From Flavobacteriales bacterium (GTDB lineage Bacteria > Bacteroidota > Bacteroidia > Flavobacteriales_E > Vicingaceae): 42,826 nt of DNA. Of this stretch, positions 25,274 through 34,923 are shown one piece after another (positions within the stretch are counted from its first letter, which is position 1; each line of letters starts with the position of its first letter). The notes under the pieces were generated by a model. That model did no database searches. It saw only the letters and a list, made by a program, of their open reading frames with translations, and had not been told where the DNA came from. The stretch is taken from NCBI GenBank assembly GCA_016763795.1, contig JAESTF010000333.1, positions 1 through 42,826 of the forward strand, given 5' to 3'. The position numbers and the translations under genes were made by a program.

Positions 25274-26047
25274 ATGAAAACAATTTTAATACCTACCGAT
25301 TTTTCAGAGAATTCTAATTATGCATTGGAGTACGCATCTTTTATTGCTAAATCGAAAGGAGGAGAATTGATAATTCTTCACATTACTAAAGATGAAGGGA
25401 GTGTTCTGGAAAAATTACAAAAAGTTAGAGATCTTCCTTTTTTTAAGGGGTTAACAATTAAAGTGATTATAAGGAAAGGGAAGAGTATTAGTAAAACGAT
25501 TAACAAAGTAGGGATTGAATTTGATGTCGATTTGATTTTAATGGGGTCTAATGGTATTTCTAATGTCGGAGAATTATTGTTGGGAAGTAACACAGAAAAT
25601 GTGATTAGAAATTCTCAGTTTAATGTGTTAACCATTAAACATAAAATGTTAGATTTGAGTTTAAATACAGTTTTATTTCCTTCTGATTTTTCTTCTGAAT
25701 CGTATGCTATTTTTGAAATAGTAAAAAAGTTTGCAGATTCGTTTAATGCGCAAATTCATTTATTACGTGTAGTTACTTCAGATCAGAAAAAAGGTTCGGA
25801 AACTATAAGTAATAAAATGGATGCTTTAATTACTCACTTCCAATTACCTGAAAATAGTTATAAAAAAATAATTTTTAGAGATACTACCAAAGAATTAGGG
25901 GTTTTAAACTATAGCATAAAGAGTGATATTGATATGATAGCTATTGGTTCGCATGGAAAAGGAATCGTACGTAAATTGGTAAAAGAAAGTATCTCTCAAA
26001 ATTTAGTGAGAGATACTTTTAGACCTATACTTACTGTTCGATTTTAA
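25274..26047 (+). CDS. Universal stress protein (tandem UspA domains)
   Basis: MKTILIPTDFSENSNYALEYA, and again VLFPSDFSSESYAIFE. G-x2-G-x9-G(S/T)-like segments (MGSNGISNVGELLLGSNTENV, GSHGKGIVRKLVKESISQNL). The internal ATG at 25274 is preferred over the ORF-track start at 25226. Confidence 0.8.
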   Translation: MKTILIPTDFSENSNYALEYASFIAKSKGGELIILHITKDEGSVLEKLQKVRDLPFFKGLTIKVIIRKGKSISKTINKVGIEFDVDLILMGSNGISNVGELLLGSNTENVIRNSQFNVLTIKHKMLDLSLNTVLFPSDFSSESYAIFEIVKKFADSFNAQIHLLRVVTSDQKKGSETISNKMDALITHFQLPENSYKKIIFRDTTKELGVLNYSIKSDIDMIAIGSHGKGIVRKLVKESISQNLVRDTFRPILTVRF

Positions 26048-27729
26048 GACAGACCAGATATTTTACCGTTATCGTCAATATCCATATTTTCTGATGCAGG
26101 AGTGGCTGGTAAACCAGGCATACGCATCATTTTTCCTAAAATTGGGATTATAAAACCTGCTCCTGTAGCAAATTCAAATTCTCGAACATTTACAGTAAAT
26201 CCTGTTGGTCTTCCTAGTAATTTATCATTATCAGAAAATGACTTTTGAGTTTTTGCCATACAAATAGGAAGTCCTTGCAAACCTAAAGTGTCAATTTTTT
26301 TAAGGTCAGTAATTGCTTTTTTAGAATACTCAACAGCCTCAGCACCATAAATTTCTTTTGCAATTCGCTCTATTTTTTCTTTAATGGTTAAGTTCCAATT
26401 GTATAAAGGTTGAAAATTGTTTTTTCCAGATTCTACTTCTTTAACTACCGCTTCTGCTAACTCAATCATTCCATCGCCACCTTTAGCAAATCCTTTGGCA
26501 ACAATTGCTTGCACGCCCATTTTTTTACATCTGTTTTGTATTAATTTCACTTCTTCTTCAGAGTCAGAAGGGAATGCATTAATTGCTACAACGGGGTTTA
26601 ATCCAAATTTCTTACAATTTTCAATATGTTTTTCTAAATTAGCAAACCCTTTTTTTACTCTCTCAATATTAGGGTCATTGTACTCTTCTTTTTTTGCTCC
26701 ACCGTGGTGCCTTAACGCTCTAATTGTTGCAACTAGAACCAATGCTTTAGGTTTTAACCCAGCAGAAACACATTTAATATTTAAGAATTTTTCAGCACCT
26801 AAATCTGCACCAAACCCAGCTTCAGTAATCACGTATTCAGAAACTGAAAGTCCTGTTTTTGTAGCAATAATAGTATTTGTTCCTTGTGCGATATTAGCGA
26901 AAGGGCCTCCATGAATAATTGCGGGGTTACCTTCTAATGTTTGAACTAAGTTTGGTTTAATGGCATCTTTTAGTAGAATAGCCATTGCATTCTGAGCTTT
27001 TAAATCATTTGCATAAATAGGCTTTTTATCAAAGGTAAAACCTATAAATATTTTTCCAAGTTTTGTTTTTAAGTCACTAAAACTTTCGGCCATACATAAA
27101 ATAGCCATTACTTCTGATGCAGGGGTAATGTTAAACCCATCCTCTCGAGGAATTCCGTTTAGTGTGCCACCAAGACCAATTGTTATTTGTCTAAGGGCTC
27201 TGTCATTCATGTCCATTACTCTTTTCCAAACAATGGTACGAGGATCAATTCCTAAACTTCTGGTTTTACTTTGTATGTTGTTATCAATTAATGCAGATAA
27301 TAAATTATTTGCTTTTTCAATAGCAGAAAAATCTCCAGTAAAGTGAAGGTTAATGTCTTCCATAGGAACAACTTGTGCGTATCCACCACCTGCAGCACCA
27401 CCTTTAATTCCAAATACAGGCCCTAAAGAAGGCTCTCTTAGAACTACGGTGGTTTGTTTACCAATTTTATTTAATCCTTCAGTTAATCCAATAGAAGTAG
27501 TCGTTTTCCCTTCTCCAGCAGGTGTCGGAGTTAAGGCTGTAACTAATACTAAGTTGTTTTTGGCGATTTTTTTTTCATCAATAATACTTAGTGGTAATTT
27601 AGCTTTGTATTTACCATATAATTCTAAATCATCAAGATCTATATTTAATTTAGTAGCTATTTTATTGATATGAAACATTTCATTTTTTTGAGCAATTTCT
27701 ATATCGGAAAGGAATTTTGTAGCTGACAT
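26044..27729 (-). CDS. fhs: Formate--tetrahydrofolate ligase
   Basis: 561 aa. SDIEIAQ, the P-loop-like TPTPAGEGKTTTSIGL, and full-length colinearity with FTHFS. Confidence 0.95.
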   Translation of the reverse strand: MSATKFLSDIEIAQKNEMFHINKIATKLNIDLDDLELYGKYKAKLPLSIIDEKKIAKNNLVLVTALTPTPAGEGKTTTSIGLTEGLNKIGKQTTVVLREPSLGPVFGIKGGAAGGGYAQVVPMEDINLHFTGDFSAIEKANNLLSALIDNNIQSKTRSLGIDPRTIVWKRVMDMNDRALRQITIGLGGTLNGIPREDGFNITPASEVMAILCMAESFSDLKTKLGKIFIGFTFDKKPIYANDLKAQNAMAILLKDAIKPNLVQTLEGNPAIIHGGPFANIAQGTNTIIATKTGLSVSEYVITEAGFGADLGAEKFLNIKCVSAGLKPKALVLVATIRALRHHGGAKKEEYNDPNIERVKKGFANLEKHIENCKKFGLNPVVAINAFPSDSEEEVKLIQNRCKKMGVQAIVAKGFAKGGDGMIELAEAVVKEVESGKNNFQPLYNWNLTIKEKIERIAKEIYGAEAVEYSKKAITDLKKIDTLGLQGLPICMAKTQKSFSDNDKLLGRPTGFTVNVREFEFATGAGFIIPILGKMMRMPGLPATPASENMDIDDNGKISGLS

Positions 27730-27862
27730 ACTTATCTATATTTTAAATTTGAGTGCTAAAGATAGAAAAAAACATAAATAAGAGGTGTAATATTATGTTT
27801 TGATAAAAATATTTTTTTGGCACTGTAATTGAATTAGTCTAAAAAGTTAAAAAATAATAAAT

Positions 27863-28603
27863 ATGAAAAAAGTAATAACTATAGTAATAGGTTTAATAAT
27901 TTTTTCTGCGGCTAATGTTTCTGCGCAAAATTGGAAAGATCTAAGAAAAAAAGCTAAAGAGAAAGCAAATAGTGCTAAAACTGGCTTGCCAGTAGCAGGA
28001 TTAACCCAAGATGAAGTAGGTAGAGGGTTAAAAGAAGCTTTAAATCAGGGAGTAAAAAAAGGAGTAGCTCAATTAAATCAAAAAGATGGCTATTTAAAAG
28101 ACCCTAAAATAAAAATACCAATGCCTGATGAAGCTAAAAAAGTAGAAGATAAGTTAAGAGCTTTAGGTCAAGGCAAAAAAGTTGATGAGGCAATTGAAAG
28201 TATGAATCGTGCAGCAGAAGATGCTGCTGCTGGAGCTAAAGATATATTTGTTGTAGCAATTAAAGAAATGACATTAACTGATGCAATGAGCATTTTAAGG
28301 GGAGAAAATGATGCTGCAACTAAATATCTGAATAAAGCTACTAATATAGAATTAACAAAAAAGTTTAATCCTGTAATTAAAGCTTCGTTAGATAAAGTAG
28401 GGGCGACTAAACATTGGACTACTGTTTTTGGATCGTATAATAAGTTACCTTTTGTAACTAAAATTAACCCTAATTTAGAGGAGTATGTTACTGAAAAAGC
28501 GTTAATTGGATTATTTATTCAGGTAGCAAAAGAAGAATTGAAAATTAGACAAGATCCTGCTTCAAGAGGAACTGACTTATTGAAAAAAGTTTTTTCGAAA
28601 TAG
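27863..28603 (+). CDS. DUF4197-family secreted protein
   Basis: Signal peptide. LTQDEVGRGLKEALNQGVKKGV, IKIPMPDEAKK and GATKHWTTVF match the DUF4197 pattern from memory. Confidence 0.7.
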   Translation: MKKVITIVIGLIIFSAANVSAQNWKDLRKKAKEKANSAKTGLPVAGLTQDEVGRGLKEALNQGVKKGVAQLNQKDGYLKDPKIKIPMPDEAKKVEDKLRALGQGKKVDEAIESMNRAAEDAAAGAKDIFVVAIKEMTLTDAMSILRGENDAATKYLNKATNIELTKKFNPVIKASLDKVGATKHWTTVFGSYNKLPFVTKINPNLEEYVTEKALIGLFIQVAKEELKIRQDPASRGTDLLKKVFSK

Positions 28604-28718
28604 TTTTTGATAAAAGATATAATTAGACCCTGCCTGTATGGTTGGGTTTTTTATTCCCATTCATTTTTAAGTATGTTCTAGTGATTTTTATATTAACTAC
28701 GGTTTAGTTTTTTGATCT

Positions 28719-29315
28719 TTAGTAAAATTCATTTTCAAATGGTTTAAAGTTTTTAAGTTGAGGTAATGGTCTAATTTGTATTTTCCCCTTAATTTTTAAA
28801 GTAATTTCAGATGTTTCGTTTATTTCAGTTTGTTTCGTGTATTTTCCAGTTAGTAAATTAAATTCTGTTTCAGTAATATTTATACTGTTCCAATTAACAT
28901 AACTAAAATAAGTTAGCTCAAATTCTCCGTTTTTAAATCTAAATTCATATCGAGAATTCCCTTTTATGTAAAAATCTAACTGCAACTTTCCTTCTTCAAT
29001 ATAAACATCCGGAATTTGGCTACCATTGTATTTTCCATTCTTTTCAAGAGGGTACATTGCTTCAATTATTTCGGTGGACGAAAAAAATAATTTAAACTTT
29101 TTGTTTGGTTGAGCAAAAAAGATTTGCAATCTCAGTGGTTTTGCATCGTTTACTGTATCCATAGATATGATAGCTTTGTCCAAGAGTCCATCTTTATTTA
29201 GGTCGCCCACAGATTTTCTTATTAGACAATTAAAATTATCATTCAAATTTTTATTCTGTGAATAAATAGTCACAAAAGCGAAAAGAGCGATTAATATAAT
29301 GGTTATTTTTTTCAT
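28719..29315 (-). CDS. Hypothetical secreted protein with one FG-GAP/VCBS-like Ca-binding motif
   Basis: Signal peptide MKKITIILIALFAFVTIYSQ. GDLNKDGLLD motif. Otherwise unrecognised. Confidence 0.45.
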   Translation of the reverse strand: MKKITIILIALFAFVTIYSQNKNLNDNFNCLIRKSVGDLNKDGLLDKAIISMDTVNDAKPLRLQIFFAQPNKKFKLFFSSTEIIEAMYPLEKNGKYNGSQIPDVYIEEGKLQLDFYIKGNSRYEFRFKNGEFELTYFSYVNWNSINITETEFNLLTGKYTKQTEINETSEITLKIKGKIQIRPLPQLKNFKPFENEFY

Positions 29316-29449
29316 TTCTTGTATTAAAGATAACGTAATCCTATGCTATGTTTTAATGTGATATAAAATATGTTGTTAAACGAAAGTATAGATTTTAAGG
29401 GTGAAATCAAGTTGTCGACTTTTAAATAAAAGGTTTGGTATAAACTGAA

Positions 29450-29481
29450 AAAAGGTAGAAACATAGATGTTCCTACCTTTT
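29450..29481 (-). terminator. Rho-independent terminator downstream of the lipoprotein gene 29584-30483
   Basis: aaaaggtag (29450-29458) pairs with ctacctttt (29473-29481). On the minus strand the hairpin is followed by a T-run. Confidence 0.55.
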
Positions 29482-29583
29482 CGAACTAAAAATTAGCAAT
29501 CTTATGATTACATAAGATGTAATATATGGTCTCTTAATATGTTTTACCAATTGTATTAATATGAGTTATTAAGAATAAAATGT

Positions 29584-30483
29584 TTATAGCCCATTTAAAT
29601 GAGAAGTTAATGCTGCATCAGTTGTTTGGCTAAGGCTTATGTCAATTGTACTGCTGCTGTTAACTGTGCGGCTATCTGTATAACTAAATAATTGTCCGTT
29701 TGCATCTTGAGCCATCATTATAATTTTGATACTTGAGCCATTTGGTATTAAGCCCGAAGTCATATTGTAAACTTGCATTACAGTTTTAGATGCAGGTATA
29801 TATATAAAGATTCCAACATTAGTCAAATCATCCACTTGTGAAGTGAAAGTAAGCGTATTTCCACTTCCTGTACCAATTTGGATATCAGCATTTAGCCAGC
29901 CTAGTGAGTTTACTATTCCTGAATAACCATAGCTAATTAATGAGAATGGGGTTGTTGTGTTCGACCAATCTATAAAATTTCCATTATCTGCTCCTGTAAA
30001 GATAGTCATGCTACTGTTTGGAGCTGTGTTTGGTATCCATATTTGGTAAGGGCAACTTAATGTTAATTCTTGGCCATTTTCAGTTGCTCTTATTCTAATT
30101 TCACCATCTGTTTCTAATATGTTTCCTCCAGCTACAGTCGGCATTTGCCAATAAATCATATCTTTAGGAGTGTATAATTCTACTAAATGGATTGAAAAAG
30201 GATAGTCAATAGTGTCTCCATTTGCATCTTGTAGGCAGTTTTTTCCGCCAATAACTTTTGTTCCTTGATTACCAGTTATGGTATCGTTACTCGGACCTGT
30301 AATAATAAACTCTTGCTCTTGTTGTTTCTTTGAATCTAAATATTGATTAACTGGGTTGTACTCATTTAAAGTTTTTTCTTCTGGAACTTCAATTCTATCT
30401 TTTTTACAACTAGTATTTATTATTGTAATGGCTATTATAATAGTTATTATAACTAAAGAATAAATTGGACTTGATTTTTTCAT
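29584..30483 (-). CDS. Lipoprotein, unknown family (paralog A)
   Basis: Lipobox ...INTSCKKD. Colinear similarity to 32368-33330 (DMIYWQM/DMIWMNK, ENGQELTLS/QNGEQLTLS, SLGWLNAD/SLGWINCD, C-terminal LNGL/LNNL). Confidence 0.55.
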   Translation of the reverse strand: MKKSSPIYSLVIITIIIAITIINTSCKKDRIEVPEEKTLNEYNPVNQYLDSKKQQEQEFIITGPSNDTITGNQGTKVIGGKNCLQDANGDTIDYPFSIHLVELYTPKDMIYWQMPTVAGGNILETDGEIRIRATENGQELTLSCPYQIWIPNTAPNSSMTIFTGADNGNFIDWSNTTTPFSLISYGYSGIVNSLGWLNADIQIGTGSGNTLTFTSQVDDLTNVGIFIYIPASKTVMQVYNMTSGLIPNGSSIKIIMMAQDANGQLFSYTDSRTVNSSSTIDISLSQTTDAALTSHLNGL

Positions 30484-30502
30484 AAGTTTAAATTATAGTT
30501 AT

Positions 30503-31036
30503 TCAATTATAGGCAGGACAAACAACTCCTTTCCTCATTCTATTGGTATTTCGATATCCATTTCCATCTCCTCCACAGCCAAAGATATACAATAATCCTA
30601 GCTGGAAGTGAGTTTCCTGAAATTTAACATTGTATCGATACTCTAAAAATGGGCGTAAACACTTATTGGTTGTGATTCCTGCACCAGCTTCAGCATTCCA
30701 ATTGCTCGGTGAAGCTCCAGAGAGTGCAGAATTTTCTGAGTTAGTCCACCGGTTATAACCTCCGTGAGCTAGTAAATAGAAATCGAAAGTATTACCTCTC
30801 AAAATTTTAAGCTCCAAACTCAGTCCCGCAGTCCATTCAGAAACAGGGCCAATAAAATAGTAAGAAAATTGAGGTACATAACTTAATGTGTTATTAGGAA
30901 ATATACTAACGTGTGCACCTGCACCAAAACTTTCAGATTGGATATTATATAGAGCAGAAGCTCCAACTCCGATATTTTGACTACTTCCTAAAAAAGGGAG
31001 TGATAACAAAATAAATATTAGGAGTAATTTTTTCAT
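30503..31036 (-). CDS. Small outer-membrane beta-barrel protein (OmpW/porin-like)
   Basis: Signal peptide MKKLLLIFILLSLPFLGSSQ from the internal ATG at 31036. Alternating-hydrophobicity strands with aromatic girdles. The C-terminal 30 aa is atypical. Confidence 0.55.
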   Translation of the reverse strand: MKKLLLIFILLSLPFLGSSQNIGVGASALYNIQSESFGAGAHVSIFPNNTLSYVPQFSYYFIGPVSEWTAGLSLELKILRGNTFDFYLLAHGGYNRWTNSENSALSGASPSNWNAEAGAGITTNKCLRPFLEYRYNVKFQETHFQLGLLYIFGCGGDGNGYRNTNRMRKGVVCPAYN

Positions 31037-31096
31037 AAAGCAATAATACCACAATCAAAACGATATTAACGTAATAATATTTAAGACTAATAAAAA

Positions 31097-32290
31097 CTAT
31101 TCAACATATAATACCAATCCTTTTAAATACTCTCCCTCAGGATGGTAAATGTTTACAGGATGATCTGCAGGTTGTGAAAGATGGTGTAAAACCCTAATTT
31201 TTCTACCGCTTTCTATTGCGGCAGCGGTTATAGTATCGTAAAAAAGTTTACGATTAATTATTTGAGAACAAGAAAATGTAAATAATATTCCGCCAGGTTT
31301 TATTTGTTTTAAAGCCATCAGGTTTAAGCGTTTGTAACCTTGAATAGCATTGTGTTTAGCTTTTTTATTTTTAGCATAAGCAGGAGGATCTAAAATAATA
31401 ACATCATAATCTATGGTATTCTTTTTTAAATAATCTAAGGTGTCAGTAGTAAAAGATTCATGATTTTTTAAACCGTTTAATTTAATGTTTTCATCTACTA
31501 AGTCAATTGCTTTTTGAGAACTATCAATAGAATGGACTTCTTTTGCTCCAGCTTTTAATGCGTAAACTGAAAAGCCACCAGAATAACAAAAGGTATTCAA
31601 TATTTTTTTTCCTTTACTGTAGTCGGCTATTAATTTTCTGTTTTCTCGTTGATCTAAAAAGAAACCAGTTTTCTGGCCATTAATCCAATCCAAATTAAAT
31701 TGATTGTCATATTCTAAACCAATTAAATTGGGATCACCTTTTTTATAAATGTAGTCGTTTTCTATTTCTTCGTTTGTTTGTTTGGCAATGCTCTCAGCAC
31801 TTTTATTATAAATAGCAATTAATTGTTTTCCATAAACGTGTTGTAGCGCTATACTAATATTATCTATTATATTATAAATGCCTATGGAGTGTGCTTGTAT
31901 AATTGCAGTACCATTATAAAAATCGATAACAAGCCCAGAAATACCATCTCCTTCTGCGTGCATTAAACGATAGATGTTTGTAGAAGTATTGTCGGTTAAA
32001 CCTAAATTTTCTCTAAGATTATAAGCCGATTGAATAGTTTTATTCCAAAATTCTTGATTAATAGTCTCTTTTTTAAAGGATATAATCCGAATTGCAATCG
32101 TTCCTTCACTAAAATAACCTAAGGCTAAAAAGTTGTTGTTAATATCTACAACCTCTACCAGTTCTCCATTTTCTGGAGCTTCTCCAGTATCACTAATTAT
32201 TCGGTTTATTGCTCCAGAAAACACCCAAGGATGCTTTCTTTCTAATGAACTTTCTTTTCTTCTACTTAATACAATTGTTTTTAACTCCAT
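31097..32290 (-). CDS. rlmI: Class I SAM-dependent rRNA methyltransferase, RlmI-like (PUA + MTase)
   Basis: LERKHPWVFSGAI N-terminal PUA-type motif, QKTGFFLDQRENR, SAM-binding NTFCYSGGFSVYA, ILDPPAYA. Internal start MELKTIVL (32290) preferred. Confidence 0.8.
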   Translation of the reverse strand: MELKTIVLSRRKESSLERKHPWVFSGAINRIISDTGEAPENGELVEVVDINNNFLALGYFSEGTIAIRIISFKKETINQEFWNKTIQSAYNLRENLGLTDNTSTNIYRLMHAEGDGISGLVIDFYNGTAIIQAHSIGIYNIIDNISIALQHVYGKQLIAIYNKSAESIAKQTNEEIENDYIYKKGDPNLIGLEYDNQFNLDWINGQKTGFFLDQRENRKLIADYSKGKKILNTFCYSGGFSVYALKAGAKEVHSIDSSQKAIDLVDENIKLNGLKNHESFTTDTLDYLKKNTIDYDVIILDPPAYAKNKKAKHNAIQGYKRLNLMALKQIKPGGILFTFSCSQIINRKLFYDTITAAAIESGRKIRVLHHLSQPADHPVNIYHPEGEYLKGLVLYVE

Positions 32291-32367
32291 TTTGCAAAGA
32301 AAGGAAAAGGATTGACAATAAAAAAGCCCCAACTAATTAGTTGGGGCCATTTTTAATATTATTGTTT

Positions 32368-33330
32368 TTATAAATTATTTAAGTCTGTTTGAAGGTCTGT
32401 AGACGTTGTTGCAGAGAATGTTATTGATTCTGTGTGGTTTGCTGTTAATGTAATTGGAGTAAATGAGGAGGAGAGCTGCCCATTAATTTCAGAAATAGCT
32501 ACAATCGTTATTTGTTCTCCAATAGGTAAACTGTTTAGATAAGAACGGAAGTGTGGGCCGTTTCCGTCCCATACTGTAGGTGCTACAGCGTAAATGTTGT
32601 TGAAGAACAAATAAATAACAGTATTAGTATTGTCATGGTTACTTGGAGGGTTTATGGTTAGTGTGGTTAGGTTAGTCTGACTATAAAAATAATCACAGTT
32701 AATCCAGCCTAAAGAATCACTTCCTAATGTTCCACTATAAATTGTGAACGTATAATTTCCACTACTATCAACAGCTACATTGGTAGTAGTAGAGTCCCAA
32801 TTTATATTTCCTGAACTATCTTCAGTTCCTGAAAATAAAGACATATTAGTTGGGTTGTTAGTTGGCATAGAAATGTAAACGGAACCATTTGGAGATAATG
32901 TAAGTTGCTCTCCATTTTGAAATGCTTTTATTGATATTTCTCCGCCACTTACTAATAATTGACCGTTTGATGTAGTTGTTTTATTCATCCAAATCATATC
33001 TGCCTTTGTTTGAATTTCAATTAATTCAACACTAATGTTTCCTGAAACAATGTTATTTGAATTGTTTTGGAATGAGTTTGCAGGAATATAAATGTAGGTT
33101 CCTTTTGATCCAGAAATTGATTGTCCTATTCCCGCATCAATCGTAAAAGATTGTTTTCCATCCAATATATTTTGATTGAAAAAATTATCTAGATTACTTG
33201 TTGATGGAGTAGGAGTTGGTGTAGTCTCTTCAACTATTGGCAGAACAGTGCCTTTATCTTTTTTACAAGAGTAAAATGTTAATAGAATAGTACAGATTGC
33301 TAGTGCTGGAAATAAAATGATCTTTTTCAT
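32368..33330 (-). CDS. Lipoprotein, unknown family (paralog B)
   Basis: Lipobox ...TFYSCKKD, a Thr/Pro linker (TTPTPTPSTS), and colinear similarity to 29584-30483. Confidence 0.55.
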   Translation of the reverse strand: MKKIILFPALAICTILLTFYSCKKDKGTVLPIVEETTPTPTPSTSNLDNFFNQNILDGKQSFTIDAGIGQSISGSKGTYIYIPANSFQNNSNNIVSGNISVELIEIQTKADMIWMNKTTTSNGQLLVSGGEISIKAFQNGEQLTLSPNGSVYISMPTNNPTNMSLFSGTEDSSGNINWDSTTTNVAVDSSGNYTFTIYSGTLGSDSLGWINCDYFYSQTNLTTLTINPPSNHDNTNTVIYLFFNNIYAVAPTVWDGNGPHFRSYLNSLPIGEQITIVAISEINGQLSSSFTPITLTANHTESITFSATTSTDLQTDLNNL

Positions 33331-33473
33331 AATTGTTTTTTAAAATTTAAATGCTTTTAATTATATACACGAAAAAAATAGATTGAATAGGGGGGTATAA
33401 ATAATTTGCTAATTATCGAAGCCATATTTTTATCAAAAATTGTTAGTGTAACTAACTTAGTTGTTAGTTTTAA

Positions 33474-33504
33474 TTGTCACACATTATACATTTTCCTACC
33501 TTTG
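33474..33504 (+). promoter_or_regulatory. Bacteroidetes-type promoter (TTG-N20-TACCTTTG) for the POTRA/Omp85-like gene
   Basis: Exact TAnnTTTG box at 33497-33504, 24 nt upstream of the TTG start at 33528. A TTG lies at 33474-33476. Confidence 0.4.
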
Positions 33505-33527
33505 TTGAATAACAACGTTTTAAAGAA

Positions 33528-34795
33528 TTGAAAAAAACAATTGTAATACTCTTTTATACTCTTACGGCCTTTTGTTGGGCTCAAGAAGATGTAATTTCTA
33601 AAATAGAATTTACAGGAGTAAAACGTTGTAATGTTATTTTTTTGAATAAACTCTTGATTGTAAAAGAAGCAAGTGCCGTGGATACTATACTTATTCAAAA
33701 AGATATTAAAAAGTTAAAACGGCAGGTGGCGATTGCGAATGCAACTTTTAGATTAGATAAAATATCGGGAAATAATTACAAATTAGTATACGAAATAGAA
33801 GAAAATTTTACGTTATACCACAAGCTAATATTTGGACTGTTGATGGGAAATTTTCTTACAATGTTGGGTTATATGAATATAATTTATTCGGAAGAAATAT
33901 TAAGATAGGAGGATTTTATCAGAATAATGGATTTGATTCCTATGGAGCAACTTTTAGTGCGCCTTATTTATTTTCTAAAAAATGGGGTTTAGGAATTAAT
34001 TATCAAAATTGGACGAATGAAGAACCTTTGTATTTTAATGAGTTGGTTGCAAATTATAAATACAATAATGAATTTATTGAGGTGATGGCGATGTTCGAGA
34101 TTTCGGGTAAAAATAACATAGGATTGGGAGTTAATTTTTTTACAGAGAAATACAATTATTTAAATGGAGATAATAATATTGATAAAAGTAAAGTGCCTTT
34201 AAGCTCAGAACAGGATAAATCGATGATAAAATTAGTTTATACTTATGATGATTTAAAATATGATTATTATTTATTGTCGGGATTTAAGAGTGTCTTAAAT
34301 TTACAAGGTGTAGTAACAGAAAATGATTTTAACAATGCATTTTTAATTGGATTTAATGATTTTCTTTATTTTACAAGAGTGGGTTTGAAAGGGAATTTCG
34401 CAACTAGATTAAGGTTGGGAATAGCAACAAACGTAAATAGCCCTTTTGCTCCATTTGCGGTAGATAATAATTTGAATATACGAGGTGTTGGTAATACCAT
34501 AGATAGAGGCTCTGCGAGTGCTGTTTGGAATTTAGAGTATCGCCATACTATTATTGAGAAGAATTGGTTTGTATTACAAACTAATTTCTTTATGGATGCG
34601 GGTTCTTGGAGAAGTCCTGGAGGTCATTTAAGTGATATTCTAGATAGTGAAAACTTTAGAATTTATGCAGGAGGCGGATTGCGCTTTATGCACAAAAAAA
34701 TATACAACGCTATTTTTAGGATTGATTATGGTTATGGTATTACTGAGGAGATAAATACTGGAGGGATAGTAATTGGTATAGGGCAATACTTTTAG
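33528..34795 (+). pseudogene. Frameshifted POTRA-plus-beta-barrel (Omp85/BamA-like surface antigen) outer-membrane protein gene
   Basis: ORF 33528-33908 gives a signal peptide and a POTRA-like unit (VISKIEFTGVKRCNVIFL...). The -1 frame is open from 33776 and continues as ...IPQANIWTVDGKFSYNVGLYEYNLFGRNIKIGGFYQ... into ORF 34028-34795. That ORF ends with a typical barrel terminus (...IGIGQYF). Confidence 0.6.
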
Positions 34796-34923
34796 AGTTT
34801 GTTTATAATCTTTTTATTACTGTAACATTAAATAAAGTTATGCCTCAATTTGCATTACAAATCATTTATTTGGCATATTTTTTGTTAAAATAAGTTTCTT
34901 TATTTTTATAAAAAAGTGTCATT

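Noticed and set aside
26417-27673. Three sizeable plus-strand ORFs (165, 72 and 106 aa) inside the fhs locus
   Set aside because: They lie entirely antisense to a full-length, unmistakable formate-tetrahydrofolate ligase gene. Their low-complexity P/S/A-rich translations are typical shadow ORFs.
31037-31054. N-terminal extension MWYYCF of the OM barrel ORF, and likewise 32291-32332 (MGLFYCQSFSFLCK) of rlmI
   Set aside because: The internal ATGs give a canonical signal peptide (MKKLLLIF...) and the conserved RlmI N-terminus (MELKTIVL...) respectively.
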